Positions 53,741-63,263 are shown, counted from the first letter of the stretch. The stretch: DNA of 64,000 nucleotides from an uncultured Caulobacteraceae bacterium (GCA_937138625.1 CAKZPF010000009.1:96831-160830); one strand, 5' to 3'. Translations and numbers: made by a program. Notes: a model not told the origin generated them from the letters alone.

Positions 53741-53768
53741 ACCCCCGCAGGACAGAACTGGCGGGGGT
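53741..53768 (-). terminator. Rho-independent terminator of rplS (bidirectional hairpin)
   Basis: ACCCCCGC ... GCGGGGGT 8-bp stem; on minus strand followed by TTTTTGTTTGG. Confidence 0.8.
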
Positions 53769-53792
53769 ATATGTTTTGTCAGCGTATGAGGC

Positions 53793-54245
53793 TTAGGCTT
53801 CTTTGCTGTCCGCCGCTTTGGGGGCCTCAGTTTTGGCTGGCGCGGTGTCAGCAGTGGGCTTTTCGGCCGTGGCTTTCGGCGTGCGCACCATTTGGCGCTC
53901 GGCGATCCGGGCCGATTTCCCGCTGCGCTCACGCAGATAGTAAAGCTTGGCACGACGCACGACACCGCGGCGTTTGACCTCGATGCTATCCACAACAGGA
54001 GAGTAGAGCGGGAACACACGCTCGACGCCTTCGCCAAACGAAACTTTGCGCACCGTGAAACTTTCGTTCAGACCACCGCCAGAACGCCCGATCACCACGC
54101 CTTCATAGGCCTGGATCCGCTCGCGGTCGCCTTCTTTAATGCGCACATTGACGCGCACGGTGTCACCGGCACCAAATTCAGGAATTTGTTTTTCGCCCAA
54201 AACGCGCTTCGCTTCGGCGGCTTCCAATTTTTCAATCACATTCAT
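53793..54245 (-). CDS. rplS: 50S ribosomal protein L19 with Ala/Pro/Lys-rich C-terminal tail
   Basis: Start trimmed to ATG 54245: [11 protein letters not shown]...[29 protein letters not shown]. About 30-aa tail [28 protein letters not shown]. Confidence 0.95.
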   Translation of the reverse strand: MNVIEKLEAAEAKRVLGEKQIPEFGAGDTVRVNVRIKEGDRERIQAYEGVVIGRSGGGLNESFTVRKVSFGEGVERVFPLYSPVVDSIEVKRRGVVRRAKLYYLRERSGKSARIAERQMVRTPKATAEKPTADTAPAKTEAPKAADSKEA

Positions 54246-54960
54246 CGCTCTGCTCCTCAACCGGTCGACCTGTGGCTTGGCAATGCTGTCGCCACAAATC
54301 CGGCCGTCGTTCCCGTGTGGTGCGTTCTGACATCTGTTGGCGCCACCCGGCAATTTTCTTATGATCGCCGGTCAAAAGCACATCTGGAAGCAAATGTCCA
54401 TCCCATTCTCGCGGTCGGGTGTACTGTGGATACTCCAAAAGCCCATTTTCATAGCTTTCTTCCGCCAAACTGGCCTCTTGGCCCAAAACATGGGGGCGCG
54501 TGCGCACGCAGGCCTCGATCAAAACTTGCGCCGCCACCTCGCCGCCAGCCAGCACATAATCGCCGATGGACCACTCTTCAAAGCCTCGGGCCTCAATCAC
54601 CCGCTGGTCCACCCCCTCAAAACGACCACACAGCGCCACCAAGCCTGGCCCCGCCGCCAACCGCCGGACCGTGGCCTGATCGAGGCGACGCCCGCGCGCC
54701 GAAAGATAAACACGGGGCCGATCATCGTCTGGTAAGCTGTCAACCGCCGCCCCAATCACATCGGCGCGCATGACCTGGCCGGGGCCACCGCCCGCCGGCG
54801 TATCATCCAAAAACCCCCGCGCGTCGGACGAAAAGGGTTTCAGGTCCACAACATCCAGCTGCCACAAGCCATCCTCGCGCGCCCGATCAATCAGGGACAC
54901 GCCCAAGGGACCAGGAAAGGCCTCGGGGAACATGCTCAGGACGGTTACATCAAAGGTCAT
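54232..54960 (-). CDS. trmD: tRNA (guanine37-N1)-methyltransferase
   Basis: 242 aa; [30 protein letters not shown]-like [24 protein letters not shown]. Confidence 0.95.
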   Translation of the reverse strand: MTFDVTVLSMFPEAFPGPLGVSLIDRAREDGLWQLDVVDLKPFSSDARGFLDDTPAGGGPGQVMRADVIGAAVDSLPDDDRPRVYLSARGRRLDQATVRRLAAGPGLVALCGRFEGVDQRVIEARGFEEWSIGDYVLAGGEVAAQVLIEACVRTRPHVLGQEASLAEESYENGLLEYPQYTRPREWDGHLLPDVLLTGDHKKIAGWRQQMSERTTRERRPDLWRQHCQATGRPVEEQSDECD

Positions 54961-55123
54961 CAGGCCTCAACTTTGGACAGCGTGCGCAACGGGCACTTGA
55001 AACGTGCTCTTTATCAGGCCTTTATAGGTTAGGCCAGCCAAACCCATGGCCAGCCACACACGCAAACCCATAAGGTAATTCAGCATGACCGTTACCCCAA
55101 GAACACAAGCCGACGAGCGCACA

Positions 55124-55285
55124 ATGGACTTTCTCCGCATCATTCTCGCCATCATTTTCCCGCCCCTAGGGGTTTTCCTACAGGTGGGCCTGTCGGGCCA
55201 CTTTTGGCTGAACATTTTGCTGACCCTGTTGGGCTACATCCCCGGCATTGTGCACGCGGTTTATATCATCGCCTCTCGGCGTTAG
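55124..55285 (+). CDS. Pmp3/YqaE family small membrane proteolipid
   Basis: MDFLRIILAIIFPPLGVFLQVGLSGHFWLNILLTLLGYIPGIVHAVYIIASRR matches the conserved Pmp3 core. Start trimmed to the second ATG. Confidence 0.8.
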   Translation: MDFLRIILAIIFPPLGVFLQVGLSGHFWLNILLTLLGYIPGIVHAVYIIASRR

Positions 55286-55303
55286 GACCAGGCCACGAGC
55301 GGA

Positions 55304-55819
55304 TTAGTCTAGAAGGCCGGGCACGACCGCGATGCGCACGCGGTCGGCAAACACCTCAGGCACATAGTCTTGGGTGAAAGGCACCATCACGGGCTTTTGG
55401 CCATCAGGGCGCTGCGTGATCTCTAGAAGATCCCCGGCCCCAAAATCATACACGGCCCCGATCACGCCCAAGGGTGTGCCATCGGTACTTTCGGCCAGTA
55501 ACCCCACCAAATCTGCATAATAATATTCGTCTTCTGCTTCTGGTGGCAAAGCATCACGGGGGACTTGCAAAACCAAGCCCCGCAAACCCTCGGCTTGGGT
55601 GCGGTCGGCAATGCCCTCAAAACGCAGCAAAAGCCCGCCTTTGTGTCGGCGGGCCCCAGCGATCTGTAGCGTGCGGCCCTGGGGGGTCATCAACGTGCCA
55701 TAGCCCAAATAGCGTTTGGGGTCCGGATCGGCGCAGATGACTTTGACTTCCCCCTTGATGCCAAAGGCCGGGCCCAGAGTCCCCACATCGACCATCACTG
55801 TGGATGTGGGGCTGCCCAT
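55304..55819 (-). CDS. rimM: 16S rRNA processing protein RimM
   Basis: 171 aa; GPAFGIKGEVKV, LLLRFEGIADRTQAEGLRG, YYYADLVGL. Confidence 0.9.
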   Translation of the reverse strand: MGSPTSTVMVDVGTLGPAFGIKGEVKVICADPDPKRYLGYGTLMTPQGRTLQIAGARRHKGGLLLRFEGIADRTQAEGLRGLVLQVPRDALPPEAEDEYYYADLVGLLAESTDGTPLGVIGAVYDFGAGDLLEITQRPDGQKPVMVPFTQDYVPEVFADRVRIAVVPGLLD

Positions 55820-55824
55820 AGGCG

Positions 55825-56286
55825 TTACTCGGCCTTTTCGTCTTCAGATTTGACTTCAGCGTCAGCTTCGGCCGCAGCTTCTTCGGCTTTTGGCTCTTCT
55901 GCTTTTTCAGCTTCAGCAGCAGCGGCTTCCTCGGCGGCAGCTTTGGCTTCTTCCTCGGCTTGGCGTTTCATTTCCAGGCGCTCTTGGGCTTTTTTGCCAG
56001 GTTTTCCTTTGTTGGGGTTGTTGCCATGTTCCCACTTCACCAGATCAGCCGTTGACAGGAAGCGCGCCACACGGTCGGTGGGCTTGGCGCCTTTGTCGAG
56101 CCAATATTTGGCCCGTTCGGCGTCAAACGTCAGACGGCTTTCGTCGTCTTTGGCTTTCAGCGGATTGAAGGCGCCGATTTTTTCAATAAAGCGACCATCC
56201 CGTGGTGCGCGGCTATCAGCCACCACAATGCGATAGTACGGACGTTTTTTGGCCCCACCACGGGCCAGACGGATTTTCAATGCCAT
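55825..56286 (-). CDS. rpsP: 30S ribosomal protein S16 with Glu/Ala/Lys-rich C-terminal tail
   Basis: [42 protein letters not shown]..., then about 60-aa acidic low-complexity tail. Confidence 0.95.
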   Translation of the reverse strand: MALKIRLARGGAKKRPYYRIVVADSRAPRDGRFIEKIGAFNPLKAKDDESRLTFDAERAKYWLDKGAKPTDRVARFLSTADLVKWEHGNNPNKGKPGKKAQERLEMKRQAEEEAKAAAEEAAAAEAEKAEEPKAEEAAAEADAEVKSEDEKAE

Positions 56287-56318
56287 TGTCTTTCTCCTTT
56301 ACAGCATATCGGTTGAAG

Positions 56319-57833
56319 TTATTTTTTTCGAAACCCTGGCAAGCCGGGCAAACCACCACCGGGCATCCCCGGCAAGCTCCCAGCTCCTTTGGGCATTTGC
56401 TTCATCAATTGATCCATATTGGGCACCTTGCTCATATCAGCGGGCATCTCTTGGGACATGTCCCCCATTTGATCAGGACTTGGCATATTGCCCATCAAGC
56501 TTTTCCAGCCCTTGCCGCCATTGCGCCCCAGCTTTTTCATCATGCCGGCCATTTGCTTGTGCATCTTCATCAGTCGGTTGACATCCGCCACATCCACACC
56601 CGCGCCCACGGCGATCCGGCGGCGACGCGAAGCGTTCAACAGTTCTGGCTTGCGCCGTTCCTTTTGGGTCATTGAGGAAATGATGGCCCGCTGGCGCACG
56701 ATGACCTTGTCATCCAGATTGGCCGCCGCCATTTGCTTTTTGATATTGGCCGCCCCAGGCAATAGGGCCGCAATGCCGCCCAAACCCCCCAGTTTTTGCA
56801 TTTGGCCCAGATGATCGGACAGGTCATCGAGGTCAAATTGCCCCTTGGCCATTTTCTTGGCCATTTTTTCGGCTTTGTCTTTGTCGAGGTCCTGTGCAGC
56901 CTTTTCCACCAAGCTGACGACATCGCCTTGGCCCAAAATGCGCCCCGCCAACCGTTTGGCGTCAAAGGCATCCAAGCCGTCAATCTTTTCACTGGTGCCC
57001 AGGAACTTGATCGGCAACCCCGTGACCGAGCGCATGGACAAAGCCGCCCCGCCACGCCCATCCCCATCAATACGGGTCAGCACCAAGCCCGTCAGCGGCA
57101 GACGGCTGTGGAAGGCCTCGGCCGTGCGCACGGCATCTTGGCCGGTCAAACTGTCAGCCACCAGCAAGGTCTCGATGGGCTTGGCAACGGCGGCAACCTC
57201 GGCCACCTCGGACATCATCTCCTCGTCCAGTGTGGTGCGCCCAGCGGTATCGAGGATCAGAACATCATAGCCGCCAAGACGCGCTGCATCGAGGGCACGT
57301 TTGGCAATCTTCACGGCGTCTTGCCCGGTCACGATGGGCAGGCTGTCGACCTCGACCTGTTGGGCCAAACTCGCCAATTGTTCCATGGCTGCCGGACGAC
57401 GGGTATCGAGCGAGGCCAGCATCACCCGTTTGCGCTCGCGCTGTTTCAGATAGCGCGCCAATTTGCCCGAGGTGGTCGTCTTCCCCGACCCCTGCAGACC
57501 CGCCATCAATATTACCGCCGGGGGGGTCACGGCCAGGTTCAGTTGGCTTTCGGTTGGGTCCTCGGCGTTGCCGCCCAGCATCTCCACCAGGGCATCATTG
57601 ACAATTTTGATAACTTGCTGGCCCGGAGAGACCGATTTGATCACCGACTCGCCGACGGCTTGTTCCCGGATCTTGGCCACCGCCGTTTTGACCACCGGCA
57701 AGGCGACATCGGCCTCGAGTAAGGCCACGCGCACTTCGCGCAGGGCCTCGTCGACATCACGTTCTGACAAAACCCCACGACCCGTCAGGCGGTCAAAGAC
57801 ACCTCCAAGACGTTCAGACAGGGTTTCAAACAT
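56319..57833 (-). CDS. ffh: Signal recognition particle protein Ffh
   Basis: 504 aa; MFETLSERLGGVFDRL, GLQGSGKTTT, DTAGR, Met-rich M domain. Confidence 0.97.
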   Translation of the reverse strand: MFETLSERLGGVFDRLTGRGVLSERDVDEALREVRVALLEADVALPVVKTAVAKIREQAVGESVIKSVSPGQQVIKIVNDALVEMLGGNAEDPTESQLNLAVTPPAVILMAGLQGSGKTTTSGKLARYLKQRERKRVMLASLDTRRPAAMEQLASLAQQVEVDSLPIVTGQDAVKIAKRALDAARLGGYDVLILDTAGRTTLDEEMMSEVAEVAAVAKPIETLLVADSLTGQDAVRTAEAFHSRLPLTGLVLTRIDGDGRGGAALSMRSVTGLPIKFLGTSEKIDGLDAFDAKRLAGRILGQGDVVSLVEKAAQDLDKDKAEKMAKKMAKGQFDLDDLSDHLGQMQKLGGLGGIAALLPGAANIKKQMAAANLDDKVIVRQRAIISSMTQKERRKPELLNASRRRRIAVGAGVDVADVNRLMKMHKQMAGMMKKLGRNGGKGWKSLMGNMPSPDQMGDMSQEMPADMSKVPNMDQLMKQMPKGAGSLPGMPGGGLPGLPGFRKK

Positions 57834-58192
57834 TGATCTCTCCTTCTTCCTTTGCCCTCACCACACAGCACTTGGCATATGCCAAGCACCAAATGCCCCC
57901 GTGAGCGTAATCGCCGACGGAGGGAGCCCGCCATCCCTGTCCGAGCTGTTTGCGCCGGGGTCATGATGGTCAGGCCGCGCAGTGAAATGGCGCGGATTTA
58001 GTGTTCGTATAGCCTTTTTTCCAAAAATGTCAATTCTGTTGCCAAAGGAGTCTGGCGCCAAGGGAGAATGTTGCCAAGAGAGCCACATCTGCCTACCGAT
58101 GTGGATATATCCTGTCGTCCCTCTTTGCTGGGGGGCAAAATGCCGCTAAGACACCCAAGGTCACAATCGCGAACTGTGTTGATCGGAATTCT

Positions 58193-59062
58193 ATGGCCCT
58201 AGGTGTGTTTGATTCAGGTGTCGGCGGACTGAGCATCCACCGCGCCCTGGCGGAAACCTTCCCCGCCGCTGACTTGATCTATTTGGCGGATCAGGCCCAT
58301 GCGCCCTATGGCAGCCGGTCAGGTGAGGACATCGTCGCCTTGACCCGTCAGGGCTGCGAGCATCTGTTTGCCCGAGGGGCCAATTTGGTGATTTTGGCGT
58401 GCAACACGGCCTCGGCCATTGCGTTGCGGACCTTGCAGCAATCTTGGTTGCCCGAAGTGCGCGAACGCTTGGGGCGTCCAGTGAACATCCTGGGCATCAT
58501 CGTCCCCACCATCGAAGAGGCCACCGGCAAACTGTGGCGGGATCACGCCGAGCCCGTCAGCCCGCGGCCGAAAAATGTACATGCCATTGCCGTGTTTGCC
58601 ACTCGGGCCACCGTGGCCTCTCGGGTCTATGAAATTGAGGTGGATAAGCATCGCCAAGACATCGCTGCCTTTTCCGAGGCCTGCACCCATCTGGCCCGGT
58701 TGATCGAAGACGACACCCCACGAGAAGTGTTGAAATCAGTGATCGAAGACCACGTCGCCAACGCCACTCGCCGTATCGGGCGCGCGCCTGATGAAGCGAT
58801 TTTGGGCTGCACACATTACGAGATCGTTGCCGACCTGTTCGCCGAGGCGCTGCCGCCTGGCACGCCTCTGATCCATCAGCCCACCGCCGTCAGCCAGGCC
58901 CTGAAGCGTTATACGGATCGGCACCTCGAATATGACATTGGCCACAGCGCCAAACGGGATTTTTTTACCACCGGCAGTGGGGGCCTGACAGGGGATTTGG
59001 TCGAGACCTTTTGGGGCGCGCCCCTGACCCTTCAGCCCTTGCAGCTGACGCCCAGCATCTGA
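58193..59062 (+). CDS. murI: Glutamate racemase
   Basis: 289 aa; LGVFDSGVGGLS, ILACNTAS, LGCTHY (two catalytic Cys motifs). Confidence 0.9.
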   Translation: MALGVFDSGVGGLSIHRALAETFPAADLIYLADQAHAPYGSRSGEDIVALTRQGCEHLFARGANLVILACNTASAIALRTLQQSWLPEVRERLGRPVNILGIIVPTIEEATGKLWRDHAEPVSPRPKNVHAIAVFATRATVASRVYEIEVDKHRQDIAAFSEACTHLARLIEDDTPREVLKSVIEDHVANATRRIGRAPDEAILGCTHYEIVADLFAEALPPGTPLIHQPTAVSQALKRYTDRHLEYDIGHSAKRDFFTTGSGGLTGDLVETFWGAPLTLQPLQLTPSI

Positions 59063-60289
59063 TCAGACATCATCATCTGAATCATAGACCTTTTGGTCAA
59101 GACGCCCTTCCCATTTGGCCACAACGGTGGCGGTGGTGGCGTCGCCCGTTACGTTCACGGCTGTGCGCGCCATATCGAGAACCCGATCGACGCCGGCTAC
59201 AATGGCAATGGTCTCGAGCGGCACACCCGCCTGGACCAGCACGATGGACATCATGATCAGCCCGGCGCTTGGCACACCTGCTGCACCTATGGACGCCAGC
59301 AGCGAGGTCAAAATGATGCCGATATAATCGACAAAGCTCAGATCAATGCCAAAGGCCTGGGCACCAAAAATGGCCGCCAAGGCCAGGTACATGGACGTCC
59401 CATCCATATTCACGGTCGAACCCAAAGAGGCCACAAAACTGGCTGTAGGCTTGTCAACGCCCAGGTTGCGCTCGACACAGCGCAAGGTCACCGGCAGGGT
59501 GGCGGATGATGAGGCCGTGGCATAGGCCACCGCAATGGCGTCGGAAATGCCGCGGAAAAAGGCCTTCACTGACAGGCCCATCAGTTTCAGAAGCCCCGTA
59601 TAGACCAATGCCGCCTGCAACAGACACCCCAGATATAAGGTCCCGCCCAGAACGGCCAAGGGCTTCAAAGCCTCAAGACCATAGGTGCCCGCGACCCAAG
59701 CCATGAGGCCCAAGACACCAAAGGGCGCGAGCTCCATCACCAGGCCCGCGATTTTGATCATCACCTCGGCCCCAGCCTCAAGGACGCGCACCAAGGGTTG
59801 GGTGCGCTCACCGCCCAGCACACAACCAACCCCAACCAAAATTGCAAAGACCAAGATTTGCAGAATTTCGCCCTCGGCAAACGAAGCAAAGGGGTTTTGC
59901 GGCACAATGCCCAACAGACGCTCGACAAAACTGGGGGGTGGGGGCGTGACCGGGCTTTTCAATCCTTCGACCGCCAAACCTGCCCCCGGCTCGATCAAGA
60001 CCCCGAGCCCGACGCCCATGACCACCGCCACAACCGCCGTGCCCATAAAGATCAGAATGGCCTTGCCCCCCAGGCGACCCAATTTCACAGGATCCCCCAA
60101 CGAGGCCACACCCGCAGATAAGGTGGCAAAGATCATGGGCACCGCCAGCATTTTGATGGCCGCCAGAAAGATATCGCCAATGGGCTTGAGCACCGCGGCC
60201 TCTGGCCCCCAGATGGCCCCAATGATCAGACCCAGCACCAAGCCCCCCAGCACGCGCTGCCACAACGGAATTGAAAACCAAAATCGCAT
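59063..60289 (-). CDS. Dicarboxylate/amino acid:cation symporter (DAACS, GltP/DctA-like)
   Basis: 408 aa; multi-helix, SSSATLPVT and AGVPSAGLIMM hairpin motifs, VNVTGD. Confidence 0.85.
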   Translation of the reverse strand: MRFWFSIPLWQRVLGGLVLGLIIGAIWGPEAAVLKPIGDIFLAAIKMLAVPMIFATLSAGVASLGDPVKLGRLGGKAILIFMGTAVVAVVMGVGLGVLIEPGAGLAVEGLKSPVTPPPPSFVERLLGIVPQNPFASFAEGEILQILVFAILVGVGCVLGGERTQPLVRVLEAGAEVMIKIAGLVMELAPFGVLGLMAWVAGTYGLEALKPLAVLGGTLYLGCLLQAALVYTGLLKLMGLSVKAFFRGISDAIAVAYATASSSATLPVTLRCVERNLGVDKPTASFVASLGSTVNMDGTSMYLALAAIFGAQAFGIDLSFVDYIGIILTSLLASIGAAGVPSAGLIMMSIVLVQAGVPLETIAIVAGVDRVLDMARTAVNVTGDATTATVVAKWEGRLDQKVYDSDDDV

Positions 60290-60497
60290 ATTTGCCCCCT
60301 GCTTTGGGGCAAACCTAGCGAGGTTTATGCTTTGGGGCTAGTGGGCGAGAGACGATACCAACGCTGTCACAAATAATTATAAAACCATAATTGCCATGTG
60401 ATAGCAAAACTCTGGAAAGCGCCTTACTCTACTCTAATTGTTATTTATTTTTTCGTGAGGGTTTTTGATGACGTTATTCGGCAAAATGTAAAATGTA

Positions 60498-60956
60498 ATG
60501 CAATCCGCAGTAGATAAAGTTACCGACAAACCCCAGTTTCTGCATCAGGTTGAAAACGAAGGTGTCAAAGCCAAGACCGGTGGTCTGTTTGGCCACCTGC
60601 GTGAAATGGTGAACACCCATTCCATCTCCAGAGATGGTCAGGGGGGCAATCCCCAAGACATACAAATATATTTTAATATTGCACTTGCCGAGGATGGCCA
60701 AGGCAATGGCAACAGCGCTTTGTTTGGCGTAGCCGGTCCGGAAGTCTTCCGTCATTTCGAAATCGTCCTGCCCGATGGAACGGTTGAGCGCGTCGGCGCC
60801 CCCAAAGTCGACAGCAATGAGAATGGCCGCATTGACACCGGAGATCGCTACGAAGCCCTGTACGACATCGATGGGGACGGCGATCTGGATTTGATTTATC
60901 GTCAAAATTCAGCTGAGCGCGGCTGGCACGTGGGCATCGAGTATAACCGGGGCTAA
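60498..60956 (+). CDS. Hypothetical protein with DxDGDG acidic loops (strand and start uncertain)
   Basis: The plus ORF has VDSNENGRIDTGD and DIDGDGDLDLIY and is followed by the terminator at 61001. A competing minus-strand ORF, 60474..60905, has no recognisable features. Confidence 0.4.
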   Translation: MQSAVDKVTDKPQFLHQVENEGVKAKTGGLFGHLREMVNTHSISRDGQGGNPQDIQIYFNIALAEDGQGNGNSALFGVAGPEVFRHFEIVLPDGTVERVGAPKVDSNENGRIDTGDRYEALYDIDGDGDLDLIYRQNSAERGWHVGIEYNRG

Positions 60957-61000
60957 GCGCCTCACAACTTTGGCTACGAATCTAGCAACACAACCAAACA

Positions 61001-61028
61001 AAAAGCCCGGCGCTTGGCCGGGCTTTTT
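61001..61028. terminator. Bidirectional rho-independent terminator (60498 gene / ahpD)
   Basis: AAAAAGCCCGGC-gcttg-GCCGGGCTTTTT, with A-tract and T-tract flanks. Confidence 0.8.
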
Positions 61029-61057
61029 AGGTCTTATGTATATAATACAAAGCTAAT

Positions 61058-61588
61058 TTATCGGGCCGCCTCGGCCATCATCACCTTGCTGACGGCATGG
61101 ATCACACTGGCGATTTTCACGGCCTGCTGAACTTGTGATGTGGTCAGCCCATGTTTACGCACGGTGGCTTCGTGGGCATCGATACAGCCACCACAGCCAT
61201 TGATGGCCGAAACCGCAAGCGACCACAGCTCGAAATCAATCTTGTCCGCACCGGGGTTGGCAATCAGGTTCATGCGCAGGCCCGCGCGCAGGGTTTTATA
61301 CTCATCGCCCGACTGGGCCAGGTGCAAAAACCGATAATAAATGTTGTTCATGCCCATCAGGGCGGCGGCACCACGGGCGGCATTTTGCTCGTCTTCGCTC
61401 AGGTGTGGGGCGGCTTCGGCCTCGATGGCTTTGACCACAGCTTCAGCACCAACAGCATGGGCGCTCGCCAGAAACGTCCCCCACTTCTGACGTGGGGTCA
61501 GGGTCTCATCACTGGCCAGGGTTGATAAGTTCAAATTCAAATCTTTGGCATAGACAGGCAGGCTGTCACGAAGGGTTTCCAGTGACAT
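61058..61588 (-). CDS. ahpD: Alkylhydroperoxidase AhpD (carboxymuconolactone decarboxylase family)
   Basis: Start trimmed to ATG 61588 (AAGGAGaccaagATG). MSLETLRDSLPVYAKDLNLNL, catalytic INGCGGCIDAH. Confidence 0.9.
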   Translation of the reverse strand: MSLETLRDSLPVYAKDLNLNLSTLASDETLTPRQKWGTFLASAHAVGAEAVVKAIEAEAAPHLSEDEQNAARGAAALMGMNNIYYRFLHLAQSGDEYKTLRAGLRMNLIANPGADKIDFELWSLAVSAINGCGGCIDAHEATVRKHGLTTSQVQQAVKIASVIHAVSKVMMAEAAR

Positions 61589-61673
61589 CTTGGTCTCCTT
61601 ATTGGTAATGGAAAAGGGGTGAGGTGGGCGGCTGGGGCTTTGGGGTATGGGTGGCCGCCCACCTCGGAACGCA

Positions 61674-62225
61674 CTAGGCGTTGATGGTTTCCCCACCAAC
61701 CGGACGGTTGCAGGGGCACAGTTCATCAGTTTGCAAAGCATCCAGGATGCGCAGTGTGTCGGCAGGGTTGCGGCCGACATTCAGGGCATTCACAGACACA
61801 TGCTGAATGACATTGTGCGGATCGACAATGAAGGTCGCCCGATAGGCCACACCGCTGTCTTCGCGCACACCCAGACCATCGATCAACGAGCCATTGGTAT
61901 CGGCAAACTGCCAATGGTTCAGCTTGCTGAGGTCGGCATGTTCACGGCGCCAAGCCAGCTTGCAAAACTCGTTGTCCGACGAGCCACTGAGCAGCACCGC
62001 GTCACGAGCTTCGAACTCTTTGGATAGGCGCCCGAACTCAACGATTTCTGTTGGGCAGACAAAGGTGAAATCCTTGGGGTAGAAATAGATCACCTTCCAT
62101 TTGCCCGAGAAGCTTTCCTCGGTGATTTGCTCGAACGCACTTTCGCCATTTTCTTCGTGGTTGTTGAAGCCAGGCTTCACACCGGTGACTTCGAATTCTG
62201 GTAAGGTATCGCCAACTCCCAACAT
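61674..62225 (-). CDS. ahpC: Peroxiredoxin AhpC (AhpD-coupled type)
   Basis: 183 aa; peroxidatic Cys motif DFTFVCPTEI; C-terminal Cys in ELCPCN. Confidence 0.9.
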   Translation of the reverse strand: MLGVGDTLPEFEVTGVKPGFNNHEENGESAFEQITEESFSGKWKVIYFYPKDFTFVCPTEIVEFGRLSKEFEARDAVLLSGSSDNEFCKLAWRREHADLSKLNHWQFADTNGSLIDGLGVREDSGVAYRATFIVDPHNVIQHVSVNALNVGRNPADTLRILDALQTDELCPCNRPVGGETINA

Positions 62226-62358
62226 ATGATCTCTCCTTCAGGTTTTTTCTGTGATATCAAACGAACACCGTTTAGATGGGCTGGTTATGCCGGAATTTCA
62301 ATGAAAAATCCAATTGATAATTCTTGTGCCGTGGATAGAATTTTTTTATAATCTCTCC

Positions 62359-63249
62359 ATGACCCCTTTGCCAACTCTCCGTCAACTTCAATATCTGATG
62401 ACGCTTTCCGAGCATCAATCCTTCTCGAAGGCTGCCGCCGCCTTACACGTCACCCAGCCCACCTTGTCCGCGGGCATGCGGGAGCTGGAGAGCATCCTGG
62501 ATGCCCAGTTGGTCGAGCGTGGAAAACGGGGCGTGCGCCTGACCCCTGTGGGTCGCGAGGCCTTGGGGCGTGCTGCTGACATCTTGGATAAAACCGAAGC
62601 CTTGGTGGCGGCTGTCAGTGAACGGGCCAAGCCGCTGACTGGGCGCCTGAACGTGGGCCTGATTCCCACCATTGCGCCCTTTTTCCTGCCCCAGATGATG
62701 TTCCAAACCCGCGAAGCCGCGCCTGATCTGACCCTGGTGGTGCGCGAAAGTTTCAGCCAAGACTTGGTGGAGCGCTTAAACATGGGCACATTGGATATGG
62801 CCATTTTGGCCCTGCCCTATGCGCTAGGCGGTCTAGAGCATCACATTTTGGGTGCAGATGAATTTTGGCTGTTGTGCCCCCCTGATCATGCGCTGGCCAA
62901 TCGAGCACAAATCTCGGCCGCTGATGTGAGCCGCGAAGACATGCTGTTGCTGGAAGATGGGCATTGTTTGCGTGATCATGTTTTGGCCGCCTGCCCCACC
63001 CAGTCAGGCCAAAATTCGGGCCTGCCGACGGCGGCCAGCCTGTATACTTTGGTGCATTTGGTGGCGGCCGGCCTCGGGATCACGCTTGTGCCCAAAATGG
63101 CGCTTGATCATGGCTTGATCCGGGGGCTGCCCTTGGTGGCCCGGCCGTTCAAACGCCCACCGCCATCACGGGACATTGCCGTGGTGTGGCGCCCCCAAGC
63201 GGCGCGTGCCCGCGACGCCGAGGCCCTGGCCAGAGCTCTTAGACTATAG
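62359..63249 (+). CDS. oxyR: LysR-family hydrogen peroxide sensor OxyR
   Basis: Start trimmed to ATG 62359. HTH LRQLQYLMTLSEHQSFSKAAAALHVTQPTLSAGMRELE. Redox pair GHCLRDHVLAAC has the C199/C208 spacing of E. coli OxyR. Divergent from ahpCD. Confidence 0.85.
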   Translation: MTPLPTLRQLQYLMTLSEHQSFSKAAAALHVTQPTLSAGMRELESILDAQLVERGKRGVRLTPVGREALGRAADILDKTEALVAAVSERAKPLTGRLNVGLIPTIAPFFLPQMMFQTREAAPDLTLVVRESFSQDLVERLNMGTLDMAILALPYALGGLEHHILGADEFWLLCPPDHALANRAQISAADVSREDMLLLEDGHCLRDHVLAACPTQSGQNSGLPTAASLYTLVHLVAAGLGITLVPKMALDHGLIRGLPLVARPFKRPPPSRDIAVVWRPQAARARDAEALARALRL

Positions 63250-63263
63250 CTGGCCCTTAGTCC

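Noticed and set aside
54967-55215. 82-aa minus-strand ORF between trmD and rimM
   Set aside because: It is antisense to the strongly conserved Pmp3/YqaE sequence and is Arg/Met-rich with no motif.
57834-58192. SRP (4.5S) RNA or another ncRNA next to ffh
   Set aside because: There is no match to the conserved domain IV sequence (GUCAGGUCCGGAAGGAAGCAGC). Only a 6-bp hairpin (57975..57995) without a T-tract is present.
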